From positions 32,001 to 96,000 of the forward strand of contig CAXXFK010000029.1 in the NCBI GenBank assembly GCA_963663965.2: DNA of 64,000 nt, given 5' to 3'. A program made the position numbers and the translations under genes. Below the pieces are notes generated by a model. That model was not told the origin of the DNA. It did not search any database and saw only the letters and a program-made list of their open reading frames with translations. Below, one piece after another: positions 19,991 to 29,573 of this stretch. Within the stretch, counting starts at the first letter, position 1. Each line of letters starts with the position of its first letter. This DNA comes from Sedimentisphaerales bacterium. Lineage in GTDB: Bacteria; Planctomycetota; Phycisphaerae; Sedimentisphaerales; SM23-30.

Positions 19991-21364
19991 ATGAATAAAC
20001 ACGCCTCGAATGTAATCAATCGACCGGTCAGGATGTTGTTGATCCGGATGACGATTCCCAGTATTTTTGGAATGCTGGGTTTGACGATTTTCAATATTGT
20101 CGATACTTATTTTGTCGGCCGGCTGGGGACTGTCGAACTGGCGGCGATTTCGTTTACCTTTCCGCTGGTGATGCTGTTTGGATGTTTCGCATTGGGACTG
20201 GGGATTGGGATCATGGCCCTGCTGTCACGGGCGGTTGGGAACCATAACGTGGCGGCGGAACGGCGGCTGGCCACCTGCGGACTGATACTGAGCCTGCTGC
20301 TTTCGTTCTTGATCGCGGTGGTTGGGTATCTGACGATCGATCCGGTGTTTCGCATGCTGGGCGCCGGCGATGACCTGATGCCCTATATTACTGCGTATAT
20401 GCGCGTGTGGTATGTAGGGGCCGTCTTTATGGTGGTGCCGATGATCGGGGACCATATCCTGCGGGGACTGGGCGATACCCGGACGCCTTCGATCGTGATG
20501 CTGGTGAGCGCGGTCAGTAATATGATTCTGGATCCGATCCTGATTTTCGGATTAGGGCCGTTTCCGGAGATGGGGATAACCGGGGCGGCGGTGGCGACGA
20601 TTTTTTCGCGGATGATCGCGATGGTGGTTTCGCTGTATATCCAGATTATCCGGGAACGGATTATTTCGTTTCACGGATTGACGGTGAGGGCGGTACTGAC
20701 TGAATGGAAGGCGATCCTGTACCTGGGGCTGCCCAATTCGGTGATCAAGATGATTCTGCCGCTGGTGATCGGGATTTTTACGGCGATTCTGGCGCGTTAT
20801 AACCATGAGACGGTGGCCGGGTTTGGGGTGGCGACAAAAATAGAAGGGTTTCTGCTATCGGCGGTGCATGCGCTGGGGATTACGGCGGCGGTGTTTGTGG
20901 GGCAGAACCTGGGTGCGGGCCGCCATGAACGGGTGCGGCTGGGGGTACGCTGGCTGAGTATCTATTCGGCGGTGTACGGGGTGGCGTCATTTGTGTTGAT
21001 GGCGCTGCTGGGGCGGTTTCTAGGCGGATTGTTTTCGGATTCGGAATTAGTACAGCGGGTGGTGGGGATATATCTGTGGATTGTCCCGCTGACGTATGGT
21101 TTTGTCGCGATGAATCAGGTGGGGGCGTCGGTTTTGAATGTCTTGCATAAGCCCATTCATTCCGGGTTGATCTCGCTGGTGCAGATGTTTGTTATTAATG
21201 TGCCGCTGGCGTTTCTGCTGGCCAGTTTCTGGGAAGCGAGAGGGGTGTTTGCCGCGATTGCCGTGGGGAATATTGCCGGTGGTTTGATAACGCTGCATAT
21301 AATTCATCGGCAGCTTAATGCGGCGCTGGCCGGGCCGGAGATGACTGGGGATACTGTCAGCTAA
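19991..21364 (+). CDS. MATE family efflux transporter
   Basis: IVDTYFVGRLG..LAAI, LRGLGDTRTP, NMILDPILIFG, VGQNLGAG; ~12 TM; ATG 19991 preferred over TTG 19958. Confidence 0.92.
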   Translation: MNKHASNVINRPVRMLLIRMTIPSIFGMLGLTIFNIVDTYFVGRLGTVELAAISFTFPLVMLFGCFALGLGIGIMALLSRAVGNHNVAAERRLATCGLILSLLLSFLIAVVGYLTIDPVFRMLGAGDDLMPYITAYMRVWYVGAVFMVVPMIGDHILRGLGDTRTPSIVMLVSAVSNMILDPILIFGLGPFPEMGITGAAVATIFSRMIAMVVSLYIQIIRERIISFHGLTVRAVLTEWKAILYLGLPNSVIKMILPLVIGIFTAILARYNHETVAGFGVATKIEGFLLSAVHALGITAAVFVGQNLGAGRHERVRLGVRWLSIYSAVYGVASFVLMALLGRFLGGLFSDSELVQRVVGIYLWIVPLTYGFVAMNQVGASVLNVLHKPIHSGLISLVQMFVINVPLAFLLASFWEARGVFAAIAVGNIAGGLITLHIIHRQLNAALAGPEMTGDTVS

Positions 21365-21513
21365 TGGTTTGACTGCGATCTAATGTAACTGGTTGACTGG
21401 TGGGACGTTGGGTTGGAAAAGAGTTGTTGCCGGGTGTGTGCGGTTGCGGTATAATCGGGCGGAATGAACGTACGATCAGTCATTAATACTATGCAACCGA
21501 AAGGGGGTGCGCG

Positions 21514-22059
21514 ATGAAGTGTCCTGTATGCCGACAGGTAAATTTGAACAAGGCGGAACTGGACGCGGGGCTGTTCGCGATGGAATGCGAGCGGTGCCGG
21601 GGCAAGTGGATCCAGTCGTATTTTTACTGGAAATGGCGCGAGAAGCTGGGGATGAGTTTTGAAGAGATTCCGGCGGAGTATGTGACGGAGATGGAGATCC
21701 GGGATAATCCCAACGCCAAGTTGTGTCCGGAGTGCGGTCATTTTCTGGTACGGTATCCGGTGGGACATCAGACGGGGTTTGAACTGGACCGGTGCGGGCA
21801 TTGCGGCGGGGTGTGGTTCGATATGAATGAGTGGGAGGCGCTGAAGGCCCGGAATCTGCATGACGATGTGCATAAGATTTTTTCGGAGATCTGGCAGAGT
21901 CAGGTTCGGCAGGATGAAATGGCCAGGGCACGAGAGGCCTTTTTCCGCGAGAAGTTTGGGGAGGAAGATTACCTGCGGGCGCTGGAGATCCGGCAGTGGC
22001 TGAGGGAACATCCGTTGAGCCATGAACTGTTTGCGTTTGTGAATGACCGGGAGGGATAA
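21514..22059 (+). CDS. Double zinc-ribbon (zf-TFIIB-like) protein
   Basis: CPVC..CERC.G.W and CPEC..LDRCGHCGGVWFD..E. Confidence 0.8.
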   Translation: MKCPVCRQVNLNKAELDAGLFAMECERCRGKWIQSYFYWKWREKLGMSFEEIPAEYVTEMEIRDNPNAKLCPECGHFLVRYPVGHQTGFELDRCGHCGGVWFDMNEWEALKARNLHDDVHKIFSEIWQSQVRQDEMARAREAFFREKFGEEDYLRALEIRQWLREHPLSHELFAFVNDREG

Positions 22060-22061
22060 CA

Positions 22062-22532
22062 ATGGAATCAATCACTCGCATGGATGAAAACCTGGTTGAG
22101 GAACTGACAATAAAGCAATATTCCCGGCAAAAGAGAAAACTGCTGATCGCTTTGCTGATCTTTTCAGCATGTGATGGCTCCGTAATGGCGTTTTTATCAG
22201 ATGGCAGCAGTTGGGATTTTTTGCATACGATAGTTTCCGGGACTGTCTTTCTCGTCATGGCACTGGCATGGTGCTTGTATGATGCCAGGGAGCAGAATTA
22301 TCGGATGAGTAGGCTGATGCGTTATGCCCTGGTGATATTGTTTTTTGTTGCATTTCCAGTCTATATTTTCAGGACGAGAGGATTCGTTCCTGGCATAAAA
22401 TTGCTGATTCTATCGATTCTTTTTGGCGGAGCTTTGGGTCTGGTAGCGGGTTTGTTCTGTGGATTATTCTTGTGGTTGACAGGAATTGAAACAGTGGATG
22501 AATTTGCCTGGCAAACTTCGTATATTGGATGA
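22062..22532 (+). CDS. Hypothetical 4-TM membrane protein
   Basis: Hydrophobic helices; GGAGG RBS; operon-like spacing; visibly lower GC than neighbours. Confidence 0.7.
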   Translation: MESITRMDENLVEELTIKQYSRQKRKLLIALLIFSACDGSVMAFLSDGSSWDFLHTIVSGTVFLVMALAWCLYDAREQNYRMSRLMRYALVILFFVAFPVYIFRTRGFVPGIKLLILSILFGGALGLVAGLFCGLFLWLTGIETVDEFAWQTSYIG

Positions 22533-22536
22533 TTGA

Positions 22537-24144
22537 ATGACTGAAAAAAATAATCGTGATTTATTTGCAGAATTGGCGTTCAGTTATGTCCCGCATGTAT
22601 TGACGCTGGTGGACCGGAACCGGTACAGTCCGACGTATGGTTGTTTTGACCGGGAATACTGGCATTATCGCACGCTGGATTTTCCCTGTGGGATGAGTCA
22701 GGAGCATGTGCTGGCGCTGGCGATGCTGTATCGCTGGGAGATGCCGGGGAACCGCTGGTTTGGGCTGGAGCGGATGCGGGAACTGACGGTGGCGGGGATC
22801 CGGTTTGCAATGAAGGGATCGCACGGGGATGGGACCTGCGATGATTACTTTCCGTGGGAACGGGCGATGGGGGCGCTGGCGTTTTCGACCTACGCGGCGG
22901 CGGAGGCCTATCGGATGCTGGAACTGGCGGAGGATGAACTGGCGGCATTTTTTCGCAAACGGGGGGATTATCTGCTGGGGCATAATGAGACGGGACGGTT
23001 GAGTAATCATCAGGCGTTGAGCGCGCTGGCGTTGTATACGATCTATGAGATCTGCGGCGATGAACGTTATCGGCGCGGGGCGCAGGAACGGGTGGGATTG
23101 GCTTTGTCGTGGCAGCATCCGAGCGAGGGGTGGTTTCGGGAATATGAAGGGGCGGATGCGGGATACCAGACCTGTACGATCGATTTTCTGGCGAAATATC
23201 ATCGCAAGAGCGGGGATGAATCGGTGGTGGGGCCGCTGGTAAAGGCTGTGGAGTTTTGTGAATTATTCATGCATCCGGATGGTTCGTATGGGGGGGAGTA
23301 TGGCAGCCGCAATACCTATCATTACTATCCGCACGGCTTTGAGCTGATGGCGGCGCATACCCCGTTGGCAAGGCGGTTGAATGACCGTTACCTTGCCGGG
23401 GCGGCGGCGGGGAAACGGTATTATAACGATGACAGCCGGATGATCGGGCACCTGGTGCATAACTGGCTGGCGGCCTGGCGGGATTACGCGAAACGGGAGA
23501 TGAGCGAGCCGGAGGTGGGGGGTAATGAGGGGATTGTCTGGCTGGCAGATGCCGGATTGGCAGTGGGACGCCGGGGCGGGTATCATGCCGTGGCGGGAAT
23601 GAAAAAAGGCGGGGTGGTGAAGATTTATGACCGGGAGCGGTGTATACACAGTGATACGGGATTGATTGGGCGGCTGGGCGATGGGACGGTGCTGGTGAGT
23701 CATCTGCAGGATGCGGAAAATCAGGTATCGGCGGAGGTGGAACATGGTGTCTTTAAGGTGAAGGGGGTCTTTTCGAAACGGAAGAGCAAACTGGCCAGTC
23801 CGGTGAAGCTGATAGTGTTTCGTGTTTTGAATATGACTCTGGGGCGGTTTTTCCCGAATCTGCTGCGGGGGCTGCTGCAGAAGATTCTGATTACGGGTAA
23901 GGCGCGCACGGAATGGTGGTTCGAGCGGACGATCACAATGGGTAAAGCGGGTGTGACGATTGAAGACCGGGTGGATCCGGGAGCCGGATGGGTGGCATTG
24001 TCGAGCGGGTCGGACGCGACCAGTATCTATGTGGCGGCAAGCAATGTCTATCAGGAATCGGTGGTGGGGTGTCATTGGCAGGATGCGCCGGAAGCGGTTT
24101 TACGGGGCGAAGTGTGGCGGCGTGAGATCGAGGTGAAGGACTGA
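22537..24144 (+). CDS. Uncharacterised alpha/alpha-toroid-like enzyme (heparinase/prenyltransferase-like fold suspected)
   Basis: Helical repeats with WQHPSEGWFREYEGADAGY and FMHPDGSYGGEYGSRNT; beta-rich C-terminus; fold is inference. Confidence 0.55.
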   Translation: MTEKNNRDLFAELAFSYVPHVLTLVDRNRYSPTYGCFDREYWHYRTLDFPCGMSQEHVLALAMLYRWEMPGNRWFGLERMRELTVAGIRFAMKGSHGDGTCDDYFPWERAMGALAFSTYAAAEAYRMLELAEDELAAFFRKRGDYLLGHNETGRLSNHQALSALALYTIYEICGDERYRRGAQERVGLALSWQHPSEGWFREYEGADAGYQTCTIDFLAKYHRKSGDESVVGPLVKAVEFCELFMHPDGSYGGEYGSRNTYHYYPHGFELMAAHTPLARRLNDRYLAGAAAGKRYYNDDSRMIGHLVHNWLAAWRDYAKREMSEPEVGGNEGIVWLADAGLAVGRRGGYHAVAGMKKGGVVKIYDRERCIHSDTGLIGRLGDGTVLVSHLQDAENQVSAEVEHGVFKVKGVFSKRKSKLASPVKLIVFRVLNMTLGRFFPNLLRGLLQKILITGKARTEWWFERTITMGKAGVTIEDRVDPGAGWVALSSGSDATSIYVAASNVYQESVVGCHWQDAPEAVLRGEVWRREIEVKD

Positions 24145-24145
24145 G

Positions 24146-25135
24146 ATGGCAGGTATGAGTAAAAAGAAACTGGTGCTTGGATTGGTGAGCGTTGTGGTAT
24201 CCGCGTCGCTGGTGGCCTGGCTGTTGAGCCGGCTGGAGTGGGGGCAGGTAAAGGAGATGGTTGGTCAGGCTAAAGGCGGCTGGCTGGCGCTGGCGTTGGG
24301 GGTGACGTGTCTGGTTCCGCTATGCGGGGTGGTGCGCTGGCTGGGAGTGTTGCGGGCGCAGCGGATTACGCTGTCGTTTGGGGTGGCGTTGCGGGCGGTG
24401 CTGATGGCGAATGTGCTCAATAGTTTTCTGCCGTCGAAAGGTGGGGATATGGTGAAGGCGGCTTATTTGCGACAGCATGGGGGATTGTCGCAGGCGGTGG
24501 GAACAGTACTGCTTGAGCGACTGGTGGATCTGGCGGTGCTGGGCGGGATCGGGCTGGCGGCTTCGTTGCGCAGCGGGGTGACCTGGGGTTTGGGGGTGAG
24601 TGTGTGTCTGCTGGTGGGAGTGGCGGGAGTGATTGCGGGGGCGGAATTTTTACCGATCGATAAGCTGCCATTGCCTGGTAAGTTGAAAGGAAAGCTGAAG
24701 GATTTTGTCAAAGTGTTTCCGGCCTGGCTGCGGGATGGGCGGGCAGTGATCCAGACGCTGGCCGGATCGATCTGCGTGTGGTCGATTGCTGGATTGACGG
24801 TGTGTTGTCTGATTGCGGCGTTTGGAGTGGAGGTGAGTTGGGGCCAGGCGTACGCGGTTTTTCCGTTGTGTGTGCTGGCGGGGCTGGTGCCGGCGACGGT
24901 GAGCGGGATCGGGACACGGGATGTGGCGTTTGTGCAGATGCTGACGGCCTATGGCGCGACCAAAACAGGGGCGACCCTGGTGGCGCTGGGGTATACGGTC
25001 TACGCGTATTGGGTGTTGTCGTTGATCAGTCTGCCGGCGGTGGGCTGGCAGTTGGCGGCGTTGCTGAACCGGCCTGAGGCGACTGAACCGGGCTTTGAAC
25101 CGGGCTTGTCGAATCCTGAGAATGGTTCGGATTGA
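24146..25135 (+). CDS. Lysylphosphatidylglycerol-synthase TM region / UPF0104 flippase-like protein
   Basis: RW..L, NSFLPSKGGDMVK, LLERLVD, PATVSGIGTRD motifs. Confidence 0.85.
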   Translation: MAGMSKKKLVLGLVSVVVSASLVAWLLSRLEWGQVKEMVGQAKGGWLALALGVTCLVPLCGVVRWLGVLRAQRITLSFGVALRAVLMANVLNSFLPSKGGDMVKAAYLRQHGGLSQAVGTVLLERLVDLAVLGGIGLAASLRSGVTWGLGVSVCLLVGVAGVIAGAEFLPIDKLPLPGKLKGKLKDFVKVFPAWLRDGRAVIQTLAGSICVWSIAGLTVCCLIAAFGVEVSWGQAYAVFPLCVLAGLVPATVSGIGTRDVAFVQMLTAYGATKTGATLVALGYTVYAYWVLSLISLPAVGWQLAALLNRPEATEPGFEPGLSNPENGSD

Positions 25136-26075
25136 TCACGCGGAGTTCGAGTTCGATCTGTCGGCGGCGGATGTCCTGGAGCAGGCGACGGTTAATGGCG
25201 AGCAGGTCGCCGAGTACGCCGATGATGATGAGGAAAATCGAAAGGGCGAAGGCGCCGAGTGCGACGATCAGGGTGGGGATGTGCTGGTCTTCGTTGCCGT
25301 GCCAGTAGTGCCAGCCAAACAGAATGGCGAACAGCACGCTGATCAGGGCGCTGATCTGGGCGAGCCGGAGGAAGAAGCCGCTGGGTGAATAAATCACCGA
25401 AATCCTCAGAATGGTGGACATGGAACGTTTGACGTAATTGGAAATGCTGCGTACCAGGCGGGAGGGGCGCAGGTCTTCGTTGGTGCGGATGGAGACGGAT
25501 TCCAGGGCGATGCCCTGCCGGCCGGATTGAATGATAGTTTCGAGGGTGTAGGTATAGGGATCGAAGACGATCAGTTTGGCGGCGGCAGAGCGGCTGATGG
25601 CGCGGAAGCCGCTGGGGGCGTCCTGTACGGAGGTCTGGCTGACTTTACGGACGACCCAACTGCCCAGGTGCTGGAGCGCTTTTTTAATGGGAGAGAAATG
25701 TTCAGTTTTGGCAATGGGGCGGGCGCCGATGACGAATTCGGCGCGATGGGCCAGGATGGGTTCGATGAGTTTGGGGATATCGTCGGCGTTGTACTGGTTG
25801 TCGGCGTCGGTGTTGATGATGATATCGGCGCCGGCCTTGAGGGCGGTTTCGAGTCCGGTCATAAAAGCGCGGGCCAGGCCCAGATTGGTGGGGTGACGGA
25901 CGATATGATCCACGCCACAGGTCCGGGCGACTTCGGCGGTTTTGTCGCTGGAGCCATCGTCGATGATGAGCCATTCGACGGTGTCGATGCCGGGTATCTG
26001 GCGGGGTAATGCGGCCAGGGCCAGGGCGAGGGTTTGCTCTTCGTTATAACAAGGGATCTGGATGATCAGTTTCAT
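25026..26075 (-). CDS. GT2 glycosyltransferase (polyprenol-phosphate sugar synthase-like, C-terminal TM pair)
   Basis: IPCYNEE, IDDGSSDKT, NTDADNQY, DAPSGFRA. Confidence 0.92.
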   Translation of the reverse strand: MKLIIQIPCYNEEQTLALALAALPRQIPGIDTVEWLIIDDGSSDKTAEVARTCGVDHIVRHPTNLGLARAFMTGLETALKAGADIIINTDADNQYNADDIPKLIEPILAHRAEFVIGARPIAKTEHFSPIKKALQHLGSWVVRKVSQTSVQDAPSGFRAISRSAAAKLIVFDPYTYTLETIIQSGRQGIALESVSIRTNEDLRPSRLVRSISNYVKRSMSTILRISVIYSPSGFFLRLAQISALISVLFAILFGWHYWHGNEDQHIPTLIVALGAFALSIFLIIIGVLGDLLAINRRLLQDIRRRQIELELRVINPNHSQDSTSPVQSPVQSPQAGSATPPTASPPPAD

Positions 26076-26164
26076 AGAGTGCTGACTCCGGATAAAATTC
26101 GAGATATTGATCAGGGAGAGATACTATAGTAGGTTATGGCTGATTATGCAAATGGGAATATGGC

Positions 26165-26269
26165 AGAGACCTATCGGGTATGGAAATGCCTGATCGCTCA
26201 CAAGTTAAGTATTTACTCGAAAAGGACTCATTTCACGGCCAAACGGGTATTTTCAATCGTAAATGGTCT
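26165..26269 (+). repeat. Dispersed element, copy D
   Basis: Ungapped alignment with A-C (ATCGGGTATGGAAA..TGATCGCT..AGTTAAGTATTTACTC shared with B). Confidence 0.88.
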
Positions 26270-26277
26270 GAATTCGA

Positions 26278-26306
26278 TTGACAGAATGGGGTTATCGATT
26301 TAAATT
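26278..26306 (+). promoter_or_regulatory. Sigma70-type promoter for GT-C gene
   Basis: TTGACA-17 nt-TAAATT. Confidence 0.55.
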
Positions 26307-26355
26307 GTTATAAAATAAACAGATAGGAATATTATCAGCCAATCAAGGAGAGCCT

Positions 26356-28038
26356 GTGGCGATGGATCAGATTAATGCGAATGGACTCATTCCGCTGAAT
26401 ATCACAGATAAGCTGGATCACAGTCCGGAAATTCAGCGCTGGGAACGCTGGATGACGGTGTTTCTGCTGTTGGGGTTAGCAGTCCGGTGTGTGCGATATT
26501 TTGTGCATTATCCGCTGTGGGAGGATGAATGTTTTACGGGAGTGAGTATTTATAAACGGGGATTTCTGGAGTTGCTGACGCCGCTGGAATATCATCAGGT
26601 AGCTCCAGTTTTATTTTTATGGCTGGGTAAGTTGTGCACCTTGGTGTTTGGATTTAATGAACTGGCGTTGCGGCTGCCGGCGTTTTTATGTTCGCTGGTA
26701 AGTTTGTGGCTGGTGTGGCATGTCTCGGGGCGGTTATTGACCGGATCGGCCCGGATGCTGGGATTGGGATTTTTTGCGGTGGCGTATCCGAATATCCGCT
26801 ATGCGGCTGAGTTCAAGCCTTATGGTACGGATATGTTTGCCTCGCTGGTACTGGTGGCGATGCTGTTGGAGTGGCTGGTAAATCCGCAGCAGCGGCGCTG
26901 GCTGGTGGGATTGATTTTGTGGTGTCCGCTGGCGATTGGATTATCTTTTCCGGCGATCTTCACGGCGGGCGGGGTGAGTCTGATTGTATTTTTGACGTTG
27001 CTGTTAAAAGTTCGTGATGGCAAAAGCTGGTTGATCTGGCTGATTTATAATGGGGTGGTGGCGGCGAGTTTTGTGTTGGTGTTCAAGGTGGTGATTGCCG
27101 GCCAGATGAAGGCGGAGATGGGGTACCTGGGCAGCAGCTGGAGCGATACGTTTCCATCGATCACCCAGCCGGTGGCGTTTATCAAGTGGCTGGTCTTGAC
27201 CCATACCGGTTCGATGTTTGCCCATCCGGCGGGATCGGACCGTGGAGGCAGCGCCCTGACGGCGATTTTGTATGTGACGGGATTGATAGTATTGTTTCGG
27301 CGGGGATACTGGCAGGCGGCATTACTGCTGCTGGCGCCGCTGGGGATGAACTTTGCCGCGGCAGTCTTGCAGAAATATCCCTATGGGGGACATGTCAAGT
27401 TTTCAATGTATTTTTCGCCGATGCTGAATCTGGTAATTGGAGTGGGTGCGGCGGCTTTACTGGAATCGCATGCCCGGCGGGCTTCAGCGCTGAATCTGCG
27501 GGTCGTAATGGGGGTGGTTTTAGGGTTGATGACACTGGCGGGTGTGGTCTGCGGGTCGATGGATGTGGTGAAACCGTATAAAAACGCGGCGGATATGCGG
27601 CTGCGGGGCTTTTCGCAGTGGTTCTGGTACAATACGGCGCTGGATGGCGAGGCGTATTGTGTGAAAGATGATCTGGGGATATCGTTTTCGCCGCGGACCT
27701 GGAGTGACTTGAGCTGGTCGGCGATGTATCTTTGTAATAAATATATCTATCAGCCAAAAGAGATGATCCGGGAGCCGCGGCCGAAATATTACGCGAAGCC
27801 GGCCGGTCGCTATTTATATTATGTGATCTACAAAGACTGGCATTTTAAAGATTTTGACCAGGCGGCTTATGACCGCTGGCTGGAGGAGGTCTGCCAGCAG
27901 TATCGTCTGGTGAGTCGGGATGCCTATCCCCTGGTGAGAAACGACAAGAAAGAGCGGCGGCTGTTTCAGATCGATGAGATCGAGATTTTGAAGTTTGCGG
28001 CCGATGATGAGAGTGATAGGGTGATTACAGGCCAGTAA
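26356..28038 (+). CDS. Polytopic GT-C glycosyltransferase (PMT/ArnT-like)
   Basis: LWEDE after TM1, QVAPVLF, ELALRLP, YAAEFKPY; many TM helices plus soluble C-terminus. Confidence 0.75.
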   Translation: MAMDQINANGLIPLNITDKLDHSPEIQRWERWMTVFLLLGLAVRCVRYFVHYPLWEDECFTGVSIYKRGFLELLTPLEYHQVAPVLFLWLGKLCTLVFGFNELALRLPAFLCSLVSLWLVWHVSGRLLTGSARMLGLGFFAVAYPNIRYAAEFKPYGTDMFASLVLVAMLLEWLVNPQQRRWLVGLILWCPLAIGLSFPAIFTAGGVSLIVFLTLLLKVRDGKSWLIWLIYNGVVAASFVLVFKVVIAGQMKAEMGYLGSSWSDTFPSITQPVAFIKWLVLTHTGSMFAHPAGSDRGGSALTAILYVTGLIVLFRRGYWQAALLLLAPLGMNFAAAVLQKYPYGGHVKFSMYFSPMLNLVIGVGAAALLESHARRASALNLRVVMGVVLGLMTLAGVVCGSMDVVKPYKNAADMRLRGFSQWFWYNTALDGEAYCVKDDLGISFSPRTWSDLSWSAMYLCNKYIYQPKEMIREPRPKYYAKPAGRYLYYVIYKDWHFKDFDQAAYDRWLEEVCQQYRLVSRDAYPLVRNDKKERRLFQIDEIEILKFAADDESDRVITGQ

Positions 28039-28801
28039 CTGGTTTGAGTTCGACCCAGAAGAAGGGGTGGTCGGAGACACCGGGTGGGGTTATGCCGCCG
28101 TTGATGACCTGAAGACCCCGGACGATGATCCAGTTGATGCGTTTGGGTGAGTTGGCCGGGCCGAGAGCGGTTTTGATGGCGTCGATATTGGCCGGATTGC
28201 CGAATAATTCGATCATGGCCGGATCGTCGGCAGTCGTGTTCAGGTCGCCCATGAGGATGGCGCGGTCGTGCTGCTGAAACTGATCGAAAATAAAATGAAG
28301 TTGGTTGTGACGGATTTCGCCCCGGTCGATATGGGTGATTAAAATGGGGATATCGCAATGAGAGAGGGTGGTATGGGCGATCAGCAGATTGCGGGGACTG
28401 AGGCATCTGCCTTTCTGGTAGTCGAGCGGGATGCTTTGCCAGGATTTGATCTCGACTTGAGAGATCAGACCATTACCGAAGTGGTTGGAGAACCAGCGTT
28501 TCTGGTTGGGGGCGAACAGCCAGCCGCGATGGAGCAGTTTGCCGAGTTTGGCGGCCTGATCTTCATCAAACCACAGTGCCGGACCACCGACTTCGTTAAG
28601 CGCGGCCAGGTGAACGGGTTTGAGCACTTCGGCGGTGCGTCGCAGATTGCGGACGCCATCTTTGCCTTTGCCGCGCCGGATGTTATAGGTTGCCACTGTA
28701 ATGGATTCGGGAGAGTGGGAGATGCTGTTCTGTGGCCAGTGAATCGTCTGGCCTGAATAGGGTCCGATGGGTTGGCGATTGGCGACATTCATATTATTCA
28801 T
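28025..28801 (-). CDS. Endonuclease/exonuclease/phosphatase family protein
   Basis: TYNI, LNEV, FGNGL, MGDLN, SDH motifs. Confidence 0.85.
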   Translation of the reverse strand: MNNMNVANRQPIGPYSGQTIHWPQNSISHSPESITVATYNIRRGKGKDGVRNLRRTAEVLKPVHLAALNEVGGPALWFDEDQAAKLGKLLHRGWLFAPNQKRWFSNHFGNGLISQVEIKSWQSIPLDYQKGRCLSPRNLLIAHTTLSHCDIPILITHIDRGEIRHNQLHFIFDQFQQHDRAILMGDLNTTADDPAMIELFGNPANIDAIKTALGPANSPKRINWIIVRGLQVINGGITPPGVSDHPFFWVELKPVTGL

Positions 28802-29119
28802 AACAGCCAGGCGGTATTTTAATGCATCGTGATCGGAAAATTAACGTAAAACTAAAAATTAATGATATCAAAAATTCTATGAGATTATAGTTAAACTAAT
28901 CGCAAAGGTAAAGTCGATTTAACCTGAGTTTTGGTTAGAAATCCGTTAATCGATCAAATATCAGGTTATTCAAAAGTGATGATGTGATTTAATTAATACT
29001 AATCAAGCGAACGATGTGATAGGATGAACTGTTAAAATGACTTTATTTTAAATGGTTATTTTTATAGAAATAAGCCCCTGTTGAATCTATTTATTGCCAT
29101 CATTCAGCAGAAGGAGAGA

Positions 29120-29554
29120 TCAGGAATTATTTAAGAATTGTGGAAGCGTTTCAACGAAGGCTTTGATCTGATCACGGACTTTGCGATAGCAATCAAGTTT
29201 TTCATTTTCGGAATCTACCAGTGTTGCCAGTTTAGGCGGATCTTCAAAGCCGACGTGGATGACTTTACACCCGGCCGGGAAAACGGGGCAGGTTTCGTGG
29301 GCGTGGCCGCAGACAGTGATGATATAGTCCAGGTCGATATCCTTGAACTCGTTGATATGCTGGGATTTATGGGCGGAAATGTCGACGCCAGCCTCGGCCA
29401 TGACTTTGACGGCGTTGGGATTGAGGCCGTGAGTTTCGATACCAGCGGAATAGACTTCAATCTGGTCGCCTTTGAGGTAGCGGGTCCAGCCTTCGGCCAT
29501 TTGGGAACGGCAGGAGTTGCCAGTGCAGAGGTAGAGGAGTTTGATTTTTTTCAT
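29120..29554 (-). CDS. arsC: Arsenate reductase, LMW-PTP/thioredoxin type
   Basis: CTGNSCRSQMAEG, ITVC...ETCP, FEDP; ars operon context. Confidence 0.93.
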   Translation of the reverse strand: MKKIKLLYLCTGNSCRSQMAEGWTRYLKGDQIEVYSAGIETHGLNPNAVKVMAEAGVDISAHKSQHINEFKDIDLDYIITVCGHAHETCPVFPAGCKVIHVGFEDPPKLATLVDSENEKLDCYRKVRDQIKAFVETLPQFLNNS

Positions 29555-29573
29555 GTCACGTCACCTTGTCAGT

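Noticed and set aside
16576..26269. 105-nt element as integron attC sites or CRISPR repeats
   Set aside because: No RYYYAAC/GTTRRRY ends, no full-length hairpin, mixed orientation, irregular kb-scale spacing, no intI
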